A stretch of DNA of 64,000 nucleotides from Sedimentisphaerales bacterium. Its GTDB lineage: Bacteria > Planctomycetota > Phycisphaerae > Sedimentisphaerales > Anaerobacaceae. The stretch's first letter is position 1, and each line of letters starts with the position of its first letter. Below the pieces are notes generated by a model. The model had not been told where the DNA came from, did not search any database, and was given only the letters and a program-made list of their open reading frames with translations. The stretch spans positions 1,440,001 through 1,504,000 of the forward strand of contig OY970194.1 of the NCBI GenBank assembly GCA_963708075.1, in the 5' to 3' direction. Positions 41,930 to 52,474 of this stretch are shown in pieces. Made by a program: the position numbers and the translations under genes.

Positions 41930-43253
41930 CTACGCGTCCTTGTCCTGCGGGATATCCACGATCCGAACACAGACCGGCTTGCCGCTGATTATGTCCAGCC
42001 GGGACAATTCCTTCAGGGCCGCCGTCATGTTCTTCTCCTGGGTCTTATGGGTGGTAATGACAACCGGGACTGTATTGTCCGGGCCGGTTCCTTCGTGCTG
42101 AAGGGCGCCGGAGATGCTGATCTGGTGATCGCCGAGAATCTTGCCGTACTGGGCCACCACACCCGGCTTGTCCCTGGCCATCACGCGGATATAGAACCGG
42201 CTTATGGATTCGTCGATTTTCTCGATCAGAGGCGCGGTTTCACTTCGCGGCTTCATCCTCAGGTGCTCAAACGTGGTCTTGGAATTGCCGAGCGCCACGT
42301 CGATGATATCGGCGACCACCGCACTGGCGGTCGGCATCATGCCCGCCCCCCGGCCATAGTAGAGCGTCTCACCGACCGCATTGCCGAATATGCTGATCGC
42401 GTTGAACGAGCCATCGACGCGCGCCAGCGGAGTATCGGCCCCGATGAAGGACGGATGGACCCGCAGCGCGATCCTGCCCTGGTCGTTCCTCTGGCCAATG
42501 GCCAGCAGCTTCAGGCAGTAGCCCATCTCCCGGCCGTAGCGGATGTCCTCCCGGGCAATCCGATCTATGCCTTCGACGAAGATATCTTCGAGAGCGATTT
42601 CGTATCCGAAGGCGATGGAGGCCAGAATCGCCAGCTTGTGGGCCGTGTCGCCGCCGGAGATGTCGAGCGTCGGATCCGCCTCAGCAAAACCATGCTTCTG
42701 GGCCTTGGCCAGCGCCTGGGCGAATTTCTCATCCTTCAAGCTCATGCTGGAGAGGATGTAGTTGCAGGTCCCATTGACGATCCCGAACATGGCGGTGATC
42801 CGGTTGGCCGCCATTCCCGTTCGGATCGCCGCGATGATGGGGATTCCGCCGGCACAACTGGCTTCGAAGGCGATGCACCGGCCGTTCTCGCGCAACGCGG
42901 TAGAGCTCCGGGCCGTGCGTCGCGAGCAAAGCCTTATTGGCCGTGACCACATCTTTGCCCGCGCGGAGCATCTTGAGCTGAACCTCCTTCGCGATGCCCG
43001 TTCCGCCCACCAGCTCGACACCTACACTGATGCTCTTATCACCGACAAGCCGCCCGAGATCGTTGGTGAGCACCCCGGCAGGCAGTTGCACCGGTCGCGG
43101 CCGCTCGGTATCGACGTCCACGACGCAGGCCAGCTCCAGGCGCACGCCCATTTTCGACGCGATGGCGTCGGCGTCCTCCAGGATCAGCTTCGCCACGCCG
43201 CTGCCGACCGTCCCAAACCCAACTACCCCTACTCGTACCCGCTTTTCTTCCAC
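41930..43253 (-). CDS. hom: Homoserine dehydrogenase (indel ~42897)
   Basis: GFGTVGSG, VVTANKA, FEASCAGGIP, NGTCNYIL, AEADP, GAG..PTASAV, C-terminal ACT domain. Confidence 0.95.
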
Positions 43254-43528
43254 AAAACACCTGCCACTTCCCACTCCGGCAGCGGTGCTTCCGCTGCCTT
43301 AATAAATAGCCCTTTATAAAAAACAATTAACCCTGGCAGGTCAAGCGAAAACCCGCCGGGCTACGCAAGATTCAACGCCCCGGCACGGTCCGGGGCCGGT
43401 TCGCCCAAGTCGTTGCACATGGGTCATCCCAGTCTTATCGGCAGATTTCGGGCCCTCCAACATGTGCGGAGGCCGGTTCCTGCCAGTCCTTCGCAGCGAA
43501 CGAGTCGACACGCTGTACTTGTGTCAAT

Positions 43529-43609
43529 GGGTGGCATCGTCAAGGCTGGAGGCCTTGGCGATGGCGAATGGGCAAACCATCGGCAAGCTCGCGCTTGCCG
43601 CTGCCACCC
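43529..43609. repeat. REP-like palindromic element (GGGTGGCA...TGCCACCC type)
   Basis: Terminal inverted repeat GGGTGGCA/TGCCACCC with internal hairpins CAAGGC/GCCTTG and CGGCAAGC/GCTTGCCG. Confidence 0.7.
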
Positions 43610-43808
43610 GCCTCACAGGAGACTTGGTGGCGAGACGTCTTCCATACAGGCAATGGAGGGAGCCGCTATACAGGTCGGGCGAGGATTTTCGGACATGGGT
43701 GCGCAGTGGCCCTTGATGGGCGGATGCAGATAGGCTATTCTTACCCGGCATACGACAGCGTCTATGGTAGGACGCACGGTTGAGTGACTCAAGGATAGGA
43801 GAATTGGG

Positions 43809-45041
43809 ATGAACACGAGAGGGGTAGCGATTCTGCTGGCGGTGGTAGCGTGCGCAGGGTGCAAGACGACGGCGCCGGGACCGGAGAAACAGACGTTCGC
43901 CGGCGACATGGCGTTTCTGCAAAAGCACACGGAGGTCGTGGTTCTCAAAGACAGTACCGGCAAGAGCCAGGTCGCCGTGCTGCCTCAGATGCAGGGACGA
44001 GTTATGACGAGCACGGCGGAAGGGCCCGGCGGCTACAGCTTCGGCTGGATCAACCGCGAGCTGGTGTCCTCCGACAAGACCGTCGAGCACATCAATGTCT
44101 TCGGCGGCGAGGACCGCTTCTGGATCGGGCCCGAGGGCGGCCAGTTCTCCGTCTTCTTCAAGAAGGGCGTCCCGTTCGATCTCGAGCATTGGTTCACGCC
44201 CGCCGCGGTCGATACCGAGTCGTGGGAGTTGGTGTCGAAAACCGCCCGCTCGGCGAACCTGCGAAAGACCATGCGCCTGCAGAACTACTCCGACACCGTG
44301 TTCGATGTCCGCGTCGATCGCGAGGTGCGCGTCCTCAACCGTGGTGAGGCCCTCGAAGCACTCGGTCTAAGTGCCGGCCCGAAGGTCAACGTCGTGGCGT
44401 ACGAATCGAACAACAAGATGACAAACGCGGGGAAGGAGGCTTCGGCGCACCAGAGGGGCCTGCTGTCGATCTGGATCCTCGGGATGTTCACGCCGTCGCC
44501 CGAGACCACGATCGTCGTTCCGTTCAACATGGGACCGGAGGACAAGCTCGGACCCGCTGTCAATGACTCCTATTTCGGCAAAGTGCCCGCGAACCGCCTC
44601 GTCGTCAAGGACGGCATCCTGTTCTTCAGCGGCGATGGGCAGTACCGCAGCAAGATCGGCCTGTCGCCGATGCGGGCGAAGAACGTCCTCGGCAGCTACG
44701 ACGCCGCCAACAAGGCCCTGACCATCGTCCAGTACAACAAGCCCAGGGACGTGCTTGACTACGTGAATTCGATGTGGCAGCTTCAGGATGCGCCATACCG
44801 CGGCGATACCGTCAACTCGTATAACGACGGCCCGCCCGCTCCCGGCGCCAAACCGATGGGTCCGTTCTATGAGCTGGAGACGTCCTCTCCGGCGGCCGCT
44901 CTCGCCCCGGGCCAGAGCATCCTCCATACGCATCGGACATTCCACTTCAAGGGCTCTGAGGACGATCTGGACGCTATCGCGCGAAAGGTGCTCGGCGTAA
45001 GCATCAAAGAAATTGAATCGGCGCTGCCCAGAGGGGTTTAA
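43809..45041 (+). CDS. Conserved lipoprotein, DUF6786-like
   Basis: ACAGC lipobox; QGRVMTS, SFGWIN, FGGEDRFWIGPEGGQFS, YNDGP, GPFYELETSSPAA. Confidence 0.7.
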   Translation: MNTRGVAILLAVVACAGCKTTAPGPEKQTFAGDMAFLQKHTEVVVLKDSTGKSQVAVLPQMQGRVMTSTAEGPGGYSFGWINRELVSSDKTVEHINVFGGEDRFWIGPEGGQFSVFFKKGVPFDLEHWFTPAAVDTESWELVSKTARSANLRKTMRLQNYSDTVFDVRVDREVRVLNRGEALEALGLSAGPKVNVVAYESNNKMTNAGKEASAHQRGLLSIWILGMFTPSPETTIVVPFNMGPEDKLGPAVNDSYFGKVPANRLVVKDGILFFSGDGQYRSKIGLSPMRAKNVLGSYDAANKALTIVQYNKPRDVLDYVNSMWQLQDAPYRGDTVNSYNDGPPAPGAKPMGPFYELETSSPAAALAPGQSILHTHRTFHFKGSEDDLDAIARKVLGVSIKEIESALPRGV

Positions 45042-45120
45042 GAAAGCCGAAAGAACTGGTATGCTACGGCCTTTGGCCGTCAATGGGATTGACAGTAAGA
45101 ACCTCTAAGGGCGCCGAGTA

Positions 45121-46551
45121 ATGCATCAAGGTAGGACCGTTGCACGGACGTGGGTGGTAGTTGTTCTATTGGTTGTCTGGCTCTGCGACGCAAGTCTCGC
45201 GGCTCTGGCAGGGCGGATCGGGAAGATCGTGGAGCCGCAGGCAGGCGGCGATTACTCGATCCAGGTGGTCAAGGCGGACTCGGGCGCCACGATCTATAGC
45301 TACAACGCGACGAAGCCGCTGATCCCGGCCTCCAACATGAAGCTGATCACCACGGCCGCCGCTCTGAAGTATCTCGGCCCCAACTTCGAGTACGAAACGC
45401 GAGTGGCGTTGTACGACGATACGCTGGTCGTCATCGGCAGCGGCGATCCGCTCCTCGGAGACAAGGACACCGATGACAAGCATGGCCGCCAAGCCGGCTG
45501 GATCTTGGAAAAGATCGCGCAAGCCCTGCAGACGCGGGGCGTCAGAGAGGTCAATGACATCGTCGTTGATACAAGCGTCTTCGATAATCAGCGAGTCCAC
45601 CCGAGTTGGCCGGCGAGGGACTACAACAAGTGGTACGCCTGTGAAATCAGTGGCCTGAACTACAACGACAATTGCATCGAGATGACCACGAGCAACGCAG
45701 GCGGCAACATCGCAATCGAGATCGACCCGCCGACACGGTTCGTCGAGACCATCAACCAGGTGGAGGCGATATCGCGCGGCGATGAGGCGGTGGGGTCGTA
45801 TCGAACTCAGCAGCCGAACCGGATCATTGTCTTTGGCAAGTGCAGGACCAAACAGGGCCCGTTCAAGGTGGCCATCGAGCAGCCCGCCGGCTTTTTCGGC
45901 TTCCTGCTGACCGAGCATCTTCAACGCTCGGGCATCGTCGTGAGGGGCAAGGTGATGGAGAAGTCCCTCGACGCAAACGCCAGGCTCAAGCCGCTTGTCG
46001 AGTTCAGCACGCCCATCAGCGACGTGCTCTGGCGCGCCAACACGGACAGTCTGGGCCTGGCCGCGGAGGCGTTGATCAAGACCATCGACGCACAGAACAA
46101 CGCGGACAAGAAGCTGGGCAGTTGGCCCGGCGGCCGGGAACTGGTCCACCGATACCTGACCGGTCTGGGCGTCCCTGAGGCCGAGATCAATCTCGACGAC
46201 GGCAGCGGACTCAGCCGCGAGAACCGCTTGACCGTGAATGCTATCACCAAAGTCCTTCTCAACCTCTACAGGAGCGGCAACTGGGAGCTCTTCAAGGCCT
46301 CGCTGGCGGTAGGGGGCGAGCAGGGCACCATCGACAGATACTTCAGCGAGCCGAAATACCGCGGCAAGGTCCTCGGCAAGACCGGCTACATCAGTGGCGT
46401 GCGCGCCTTCTCCGGCATCTGTCACACCCAGAGCGGACCCTACCTCTTCGCCATCCTCAGCAACGGCTCGAAGGGCCTGAGCCGCGACGCCATCAACGAC
46501 GTCGCCAAAGCCATCATCGACGAATACGGCAGCGAAACCAAAGCCAAGTGA
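45121..46551 (+). CDS. dacB: D-Ala-D-Ala carboxypeptidase/endopeptidase (PBP4, S13 family)
   Basis: PASNMK (SxxK), GSGDP, DGSGLSR, KTG; signal peptide. Confidence 0.92.
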   Translation: MHQGRTVARTWVVVVLLVVWLCDASLAALAGRIGKIVEPQAGGDYSIQVVKADSGATIYSYNATKPLIPASNMKLITTAAALKYLGPNFEYETRVALYDDTLVVIGSGDPLLGDKDTDDKHGRQAGWILEKIAQALQTRGVREVNDIVVDTSVFDNQRVHPSWPARDYNKWYACEISGLNYNDNCIEMTTSNAGGNIAIEIDPPTRFVETINQVEAISRGDEAVGSYRTQQPNRIIVFGKCRTKQGPFKVAIEQPAGFFGFLLTEHLQRSGIVVRGKVMEKSLDANARLKPLVEFSTPISDVLWRANTDSLGLAAEALIKTIDAQNNADKKLGSWPGGRELVHRYLTGLGVPEAEINLDDGSGLSRENRLTVNAITKVLLNLYRSGNWELFKASLAVGGEQGTIDRYFSEPKYRGKVLGKTGYISGVRAFSGICHTQSGPYLFAILSNGSKGLSRDAINDVAKAIIDEYGSETKAK

Positions 46552-46561
46552 CCCGCTCGTG

Positions 46562-48163
46562 CTACGGGCGGATGTACACTTGCAGGCGGTCGGCGTATGT
46601 CTCTCTGTGCCAGTTCGGCGGGACGGATTGCCGCAGGGGGTCTTCGAGGAAGGAGAAATAGGAGGGCTCGATGCCTGCGATGACGGCGGCGGGGGGACGG
46701 GCGGCTATCAATTCGTTCAGGGTCTTGGGGCCGACGGTGTGAGTGATTTGCCGTTGCTCAGGTGACAGCCGGTCGGCGATGCGGTAGACGATGGAGCCGG
46801 CAGCGAACTCGGGGTAAATGTCGCAACCGCCTTCGAGGGCGTAAAGGGGGCCCAAGGTCAGGACGAGGCGGGGCTCCGGGATTCTTGCGGCGATTTCGTG
46901 TGAGGTCCTGTGCAACCGGATCGGCGCCCAACTCTCGGGAACGAGTACGGCAAGGCCGCGGTACAGAATGATCGGAGATGCAAGGACGGCGGCGATTACG
47001 CCGATGCCGACGAGCCAGGCGGCGAGCTTATAACGACCTCTGCCCTCCTGTTTCTCGGCCCCGCGCAAAAGACCGACCAGCGGGTAAGCAAGGGCGATGA
47101 CAATGAAGGGCACAGGGATCGCCAGATACTGTTGCCACATCGTCGGCGGGACGTAGGCGATCACAAAGAACACGAGCGGAAGCAGGGCGGCGAACATTGC
47201 CTTCCGCTTTTCCTGTGCGTCCAGGTTCGACGGGTGCCGCAGCGTGGCCCAGAGCAGATAACCGATCAGGACCAGCAGGACAAGGTACCCGGCAGTGCCG
47301 AGGGACACGAATGTCAGCGTGAACTTGTCGAGGGTCCGTCCGATTTCGTGCAGCCATTGGCCGTACAGTGTGGGGATCCGTATGAGGTTCAGCCGAAAGG
47401 CGTTGGGCGCTTGTGCAACAATCCAGATGGGCCAGATCATCGCGACGAGAGCGGCTGCCGGAAATGGCAGGGCGGTCACGATGCGATTCTTGAGCGAGCC
47501 TCCTGCCATCCACAGGACCGCCGCCAGAAACAGTAGCTCCACCAAGACGGTCGTCGCTCGCATAAACGTGGCGATCGTCAGCAGGGCACCCATCAAGGCT
47601 ATTCGCCAGAAATGCTGTCTGGCCTGGAAGTCGGTCGTCACGAACAGCCACAGGGATAGAACGACGCAGAGGATCACGATATCGTGGTTCCACGCGTAGC
47701 CGAGGGCGTAATCCACGAGCGGGTTGAAAAGGAACAGCGTTGCAGCCGCTGCGCCAAAGAGCAACCCTTGCAGGCGGCGTGTACGGAAGAGGGATCGATA
47801 GATCGCCACGATGCCGAGCACCGTGAGGATGTCACAGAGGACCGACAGCAGCCTGCCCACGAGCAGGTAATGCGTTGTGCCAAGGAACCGGTAAAGGATG
47901 GATAGGAGCAGGGGATGGTAGGGCAGTTGCGAGGGGTAGCAGAAATCCCGGTAGATCATCTGTCCCTTGGCGAGCAGCACGCCGGCCGTGCAATACATCT
48001 GCTCGTCGCGCCCGACCTCCTTGATCATACTATTAGAGAGTATGGTTATGCAGAATATCACCATTACGGCAACGACCAGCGGCCGGACAATGGGCTGCCA
48101 AGCCGGGGCCTTTGAGACGGGCCGACTTTCCACTTTCTTCGACTTACCATTCCGCGAGTTCAC
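46562..48163 (-). CDS. Polytopic GT-C-like glycosyltransferase (ArnT/PMT-like)
   Basis: RDE..Y after first TM, G..IYRDF..P motif, about 11 TM segments, soluble C-terminal domain. Confidence 0.7.
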   Translation of the reverse strand: MNSRNGKSKKVESRPVSKAPAWQPIVRPLVVAVMVIFCITILSNSMIKEVGRDEQMYCTAGVLLAKGQMIYRDFCYPSQLPYHPLLLSILYRFLGTTHYLLVGRLLSVLCDILTVLGIVAIYRSLFRTRRLQGLLFGAAAATLFLFNPLVDYALGYAWNHDIVILCVVLSLWLFVTTDFQARQHFWRIALMGALLTIATFMRATTVLVELLFLAAVLWMAGGSLKNRIVTALPFPAAALVAMIWPIWIVAQAPNAFRLNLIRIPTLYGQWLHEIGRTLDKFTLTFVSLGTAGYLVLLVLIGYLLWATLRHPSNLDAQEKRKAMFAALLPLVFFVIAYVPPTMWQQYLAIPVPFIVIALAYPLVGLLRGAEKQEGRGRYKLAAWLVGIGVIAAVLASPIILYRGLAVLVPESWAPIRLHRTSHEIAARIPEPRLVLTLGPLYALEGGCDIYPEFAAGSIVYRIADRLSPEQRQITHTVGPKTLNELIAARPPAAVIAGIEPSYFSFLEDPLRQSVPPNWHRETYADRLQVYIRP

Positions 48164-49148
48164 CTACCAACTCCTCAACCAGGTCCTTCATAGTGACAAT
48201 CCCTACCGGCACTTCCTGCCTGGCCCGCGCCCGGGTTACCAGGACGATCTTCTGCTCCTCCCGCCGCATGACATCGATGGCATCGACGATGGGAGTATCG
48301 GCGTCCAACCGGCGAAGCGGCCGGACGAATCCCTCGATGTTCTCGAACTGCGTATCCGAGCCCAGCGCGTCGTAGATGTCGATAAAACCGACGATATTCG
48401 CCGGTGTTTTCCGCCAGACCAGCAGGCGAGTGAGGGCCTGCTGGCCCAGCTCGTTCAACAACGCCGTCCGGTCGCTGCGAATGTCCACGGACTGGACCCG
48501 ATCCAGGGGGACCATGACAGCGCCGAGCCGAAGACCCGGGATGTTCACGATCCGGTCCATCAACTCCATCTGAACACGGCTGAGCAGTCCCTCCTCCTGC
48601 GTCTCCTGCAGCAGCGCCTCGACCTCGCGTCGCTGCCCGGCCGGCATTGTCGCTTCGTCCGGGATCGACGCGTGGATCAGCCGCGCAAACAACCTGGGCA
48701 TCCACCGGAGCAGAGGCACGGCTCCGGACCACTTGAGGACCTGATAGTTCACGTACAGCAGGGGTGACACAAGCGAGGTCAGCGCATCGGCGCGATACAG
48801 AAAGATGTTCTTTGGAAGCAACTGCGAGAAGACGAACAGCAGCGGAGCCATCACGACCGTCGTATAGAACTCCGCCGGCTGTTCCGGCACGATGTCGAGG
48901 AAGAAGCCTGTGATCAGGCTGGTCGCACTGTACTCCACCAGGGTTGCGCCGATGAGCAGGGAGAGCAACAGGCCGGAGCTGTCCTCCATCACCTTTGCCA
49001 GCAGGACCGCGGACCACCGTCGTCTCTCGACGCCCAGCCGCAATCGCAACCGGCTGAGGCGGTAAATCCCCGTCTCGGCTCCTTCAAAGAAGCCGGCGAG
49101 GACCACCAGCAGGAGGGCTGCCAGGACTGTGAATAACCTGCTATCCAT
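48144..49148 (-). CDS. CNNM (DUF21)-CBS domain protein
   Basis: GFFEGAETG, QLLPKNIF, CBS pair ending GIVTMKDLVEELVGE. Confidence 0.88.
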   Translation of the reverse strand: MDSRLFTVLAALLLVVLAGFFEGAETGIYRLSRLRLRLGVERRRWSAVLLAKVMEDSSGLLLSLLIGATLVEYSATSLITGFFLDIVPEQPAEFYTTVVMAPLLFVFSQLLPKNIFLYRADALTSLVSPLLYVNYQVLKWSGAVPLLRWMPRLFARLIHASIPDEATMPAGQRREVEALLQETQEEGLLSRVQMELMDRIVNIPGLRLGAVMVPLDRVQSVDIRSDRTALLNELGQQALTRLLVWRKTPANIVGFIDIYDALGSDTQFENIEGFVRPLRRLDADTPIVDAIDVMRREEQKIVLVTRARARQEVPVGIVTMKDLVEELVGELAEW

Positions 49149-50413
49149 GGCTCGGAATTGGCTCCACGGTGAGAATCACGGTCTCGATCCTGTGCTTGCG
49201 CACGCGATCCACAGTGAATTTGAGGTTTCCCAGGTAGGCGACATCGCCTTTTCGGGGCACGCGTCCCAGCAATGTCGTCACCAGGCCGCCGATCGTGGAC
49301 TGGCGGGTTTCCTCCAGGTCGATCCCGAGGACGTCCGCCCAGTCATGGATGGCCAGATCGCCCGCCAGTTGGTACTCGAAGGGACCCAACTGTTTGATCG
49401 GCTCGACGCCGGCGGCCACGTCCATCCGTCCGACGAGTTCCTCGGCGATATCCTCCAACTGCACAATGCCGGCGATGCCGCCGTATTCGTCCACGACCAC
49501 CGACGTATCAGTCCGGGTCTTTCGGAAGAACTCCAGCAGCGACTCCACCGTCTTTTGCTCGGGCACGAAATGGACCGCCCGCTTAAGCTGATCCAGCGAC
49601 ACCGCAGGCTTGAGGAACAGGTTCTCGCAGATGAATGAGTCCGACGACGTTATCCACGTTCCGCACATAAACGGGAGCCTTCGTGAGATGGCGGGTCAGC
49701 ATCAGCTTGCGAGCCGTATCGGGCGAATCCGCAACATTGCATGCGACCATATCGACCCGCGGTCGCATCATGTGTCGGACCTTGAGCGATCCAAGATCGA
49801 CCACTTCGGCCAGGAGCCTGTTCTCATGGGGCGTGAGCAGACCGCGCCGGCGGCTGAGCTCGACCAGGGATCGGAACTCCTCCAGCGTCATGGCCCGGCC
49901 CTGGGGGCGTGCCGAAAGAACAGACGCAGCACAGGCTCCAGGACAAGGACCCGAAAGAACAGGGCGATCGGCCCGAACACCTGGACGACAAAAAAGACCG
50001 GCACTGCCGCGGCGATGGCCAGCGGCCGGGCGTTCAAGTAGACAAAGGACTTCGGGAGGATTTCGCCGAACAGCACGAGCAGAATGAACGTCGCGAACGC
50101 CAGGGCGGTCGCCGCACCCCAGCCCCACGCATGGCCCGCGTGCAGGACCAGGACACTCGCAATGGCGTAGTAGAGGACATTCACTGCCATGTTGCCCAGC
50201 AGGAGGCAGTTCAGGAGATGCCCCGGCTTGCGGAGAAGGCTGGCGACGAGCTTCTCGAGCCTGTGCGCCGAGGCGTTGAGCTGCTTGATCTCCCGGCGGG
50301 TCAGGCTGAAGAAAGCGGTTCTCGGACCCGGCGAAAAAAGCGGAGCAGGCGAGCAGGATAAGCATCACAAGGACGCGGCCGAGGTTCTCGTACACCTGCG
50401 CTGTCATCAACAA
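49141..50413 (-). CDS. CNNM-CBS-CorC (hemolysin/TlyC family) protein (indels ~50320, ~49905, ~49625)
   Basis: SAFFAGSE, FGEILPK, MRPRVDM, VVDEYGG..LEDIAEELVG, STIGG, spread over three frames. Confidence 0.88.
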
Positions 50414-50419
50414 CCCCGC

Positions 50420-51241
50420 CTAACTCTTAGGCAGTTCGACTGTGAAAGTGCTCCCTTTGCCAGGTTCCGATTCGACGCTGATGGTGCCGCCATGAGCGTC
50501 GACGATTCGTCGGCAAAATGCCAGCCCTACGCCCGAGCCGGAGCCGGCGGTGGGGCGGTCCGGCCCGGATTTCGTGGTGAAAAACGGCCGGAAGATGTTC
50601 TTGAGGTTCTCCGGAGTGATGCCGTCGCCAGTGTCGCGGACCGTGATATCCATCCAGTCGTCCCTATCCGATGCCTCGACCCGGAGGAAGCCTCCCCGGC
50701 CCAGCATGGCATCGCGGGCGTTCAGCACCAGGTTCATGAGCACCTGCTGCATCTGCACGGGGACACAGTGCAACCGGAGGTCTTCGGGGACGTGGGTTTC
50801 GACAGTGATGCCATCCTTTGTGAAGTCCCGGCACAGGCCGGTAAACACCTCCTCCACGAGGGTCTTGACGTTAACCTCTTCCCGCTGCTGTCTTTGGCCG
50901 TTGGCCATTCCGAGCAGGCTCTCCATGATCTTGGCCGCCCGCTGGCAGTTCCGCACGGTCCGGCCGAGGACTTTCTCAACGAGGGCCTTGTCATCGGGGT
51001 TCTGTGTGGCCAGGGCGGCGTAGGAGGACAATGGCGTGAGCAGGTTATTGATCTCGTGGGCGATCATGGCGGTGGCCGAGCCGAGGTTGGCCAGGGTCTG
51101 GAGCTGCAAGTTCTGCGACTTCAACGCCTCGTTTTCCTGCTCCTTCCGGGCCAAAACCTGGTGCAGGGACAGGCGTTTTTCAATGATGCTTGTCAACGGC
51201 CCACTCCTTTTATACAATCGAGCGTTGGGTATCCGTACCAA
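50420..51241 (-). CDS. Soluble histidine kinase lacking a sensor domain
   Basis: IAHEINNLL, NLVLNARDAM, DTGDGI, PFFTTK, GSGVGL; no TM. Confidence 0.9.
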   Translation of the reverse strand: MVRIPNARLYKRSGPLTSIIEKRLSLHQVLARKEQENEALKSQNLQLQTLANLGSATAMIAHEINNLLTPLSSYAALATQNPDDKALVEKVLGRTVRNCQRAAKIMESLLGMANGQRQQREEVNVKTLVEEVFTGLCRDFTKDGITVETHVPEDLRLHCVPVQMQQVLMNLVLNARDAMLGRGGFLRVEASDRDDWMDITVRDTGDGITPENLKNIFRPFFTTKSGPDRPTAGSGSGVGLAFCRRIVDAHGGTISVESEPGKGSTFTVELPKS

Positions 51242-51317
51242 GAATATTATCTAACGGAAGTGATTATCGTACAAGTACCTATATCGACAGCCGATTGGTT
51301 TTTTCTGAAGTGCTCGC

Positions 51318-51581
51318 ATGACGGAGCAAACGATTCTGGAAGAGCTTCTCGCCCTGCTGGAGGCGAACCGCGTGAAGATCCGCAGCGAGCCGCTCGGCGG
51401 CCGGGGGGGCGGATTGGCCATGATGAGAGGCGAGAACATCTTCTTCGTGGACACCGAGGCGCCCAGTGCCGAGGTTGCCACGCTCTGTGCGGAGGCAGTC
51501 GTGAAGGTGACGGACATTGAGACGATCTATCTGCGGCCAGAGGTCCGCCAGTTTATCGAGAGCCATATGCGATCTGTGTAA
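51318..51581 (+). CDS. Small conserved hypothetical protein
   Basis: IRSEPLGGRGGGL..DIETIYLRPEVRQFI; gene-like codon use. Confidence 0.7.
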   Translation: MTEQTILEELLALLEANRVKIRSEPLGGRGGGLAMMRGENIFFVDTEAPSAEVATLCAEAVVKVTDIETIYLRPEVRQFIESHMRSV

Positions 51582-51680
51582 CTGGAGTGTTTCGGAAACA
51601 GCGGAAAGATGGATGGGGATATGGGAGACAACCGCAACGACCAATCGCCGTTTGGACTGAATTGGCTGGGAGCATTGCTG

Positions 51681-52181
51681 ATGAGCCGAGAGAAATATGA
51701 TGCACGGCCGGAGAAGCCGCCGGTAATCCTTGTTGTGGACGACAACCTGCCGAACCTGGAACTGATTCAGGCCTACCTGGAGGACATCGAGTGCCAGATC
51801 GTGTCCGCCCACGACGGGGTGGAAGCGCTGAATATGGTGGCGAGGAAGAAGCCGGACTTGATCCTGCTCGACGTCATGATGCCCAAGATGAGTGGCTTTG
51901 AGGTCTGCCGAAGGCTCAAGAGCGACCCGCAGACCGGCGACATTCCCATCATCATGGTTACTGCCCTCAACGAGTTCGGGGACATAGAGCGAGGGATCGA
52001 CTCGGGTACCGACGATTTCGTCAGCAAGCCGGTAAATCGGCTGGAGCTGCTCACGCGTGTGCGAACCATGCTCAAGCTCAAGCATCTCACCGACAAGCTC
52101 CAGCGAACCATCGCCTACCTGAGCGAGGTCGAGAAGAACGCCCAGTCCGCAGTCTCCTCGCCGCCGGCTGAGTCCCAGTAG
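51681..52181 (+). CDS. Single-domain response regulator with short C-terminal coil
   Basis: ILVVDD, LLDVMMP, IIMVTA, FVSKP. Confidence 0.92.
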   Translation: MSREKYDARPEKPPVILVVDDNLPNLELIQAYLEDIECQIVSAHDGVEALNMVARKKPDLILLDVMMPKMSGFEVCRRLKSDPQTGDIPIIMVTALNEFGDIERGIDSGTDDFVSKPVNRLELLTRVRTMLKLKHLTDKLQRTIAYLSEVEKNAQSAVSSPPAESQ

Positions 52182-52474
52182 GGCACCCGGGTGGGGGGAG
52201 AGGTCGCATAATGCATCGTCGAGCGGCGCGGTGCCGGCAGGGAACATTGTGTGCCTTGGACCATGGCATAATGTCCCTATAAGCGATCTGTCGCCGAATA
52301 ACCACGCCTGCAGAGCCCGAATAGCCGCTACAGCACACACAGACGCCATCCTGTGTCCCCCCGCCGGACCGATTGTCGGACAGACTCCGCAGTCCAGCTT
52401 AACCGCTCCGCGAAATTGGACGATACGTTCACCAGCACGTTGGTTTCGCATTATCATGATTACCGGAGTGAGGG

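Noticed and set aside
43570..43600. GGGCAAACCATC resembling the start of a c-di-GMP-I riboswitch
   Set aside because: Lacks the GAAA tetraloop and GGGACGCAAA continuation; it lies inside a REP-like palindrome.
43413..43733. Short ORFs in the hom upstream region
   Set aside because: They overlap a palindromic repeat, lack motifs, and the competing frames are equally poor.
44436..44460. Odd SAHQR segment in the DUF6786-like lipoprotein
   Set aside because: Frame is preserved; more likely local consensus error or divergence than biology.
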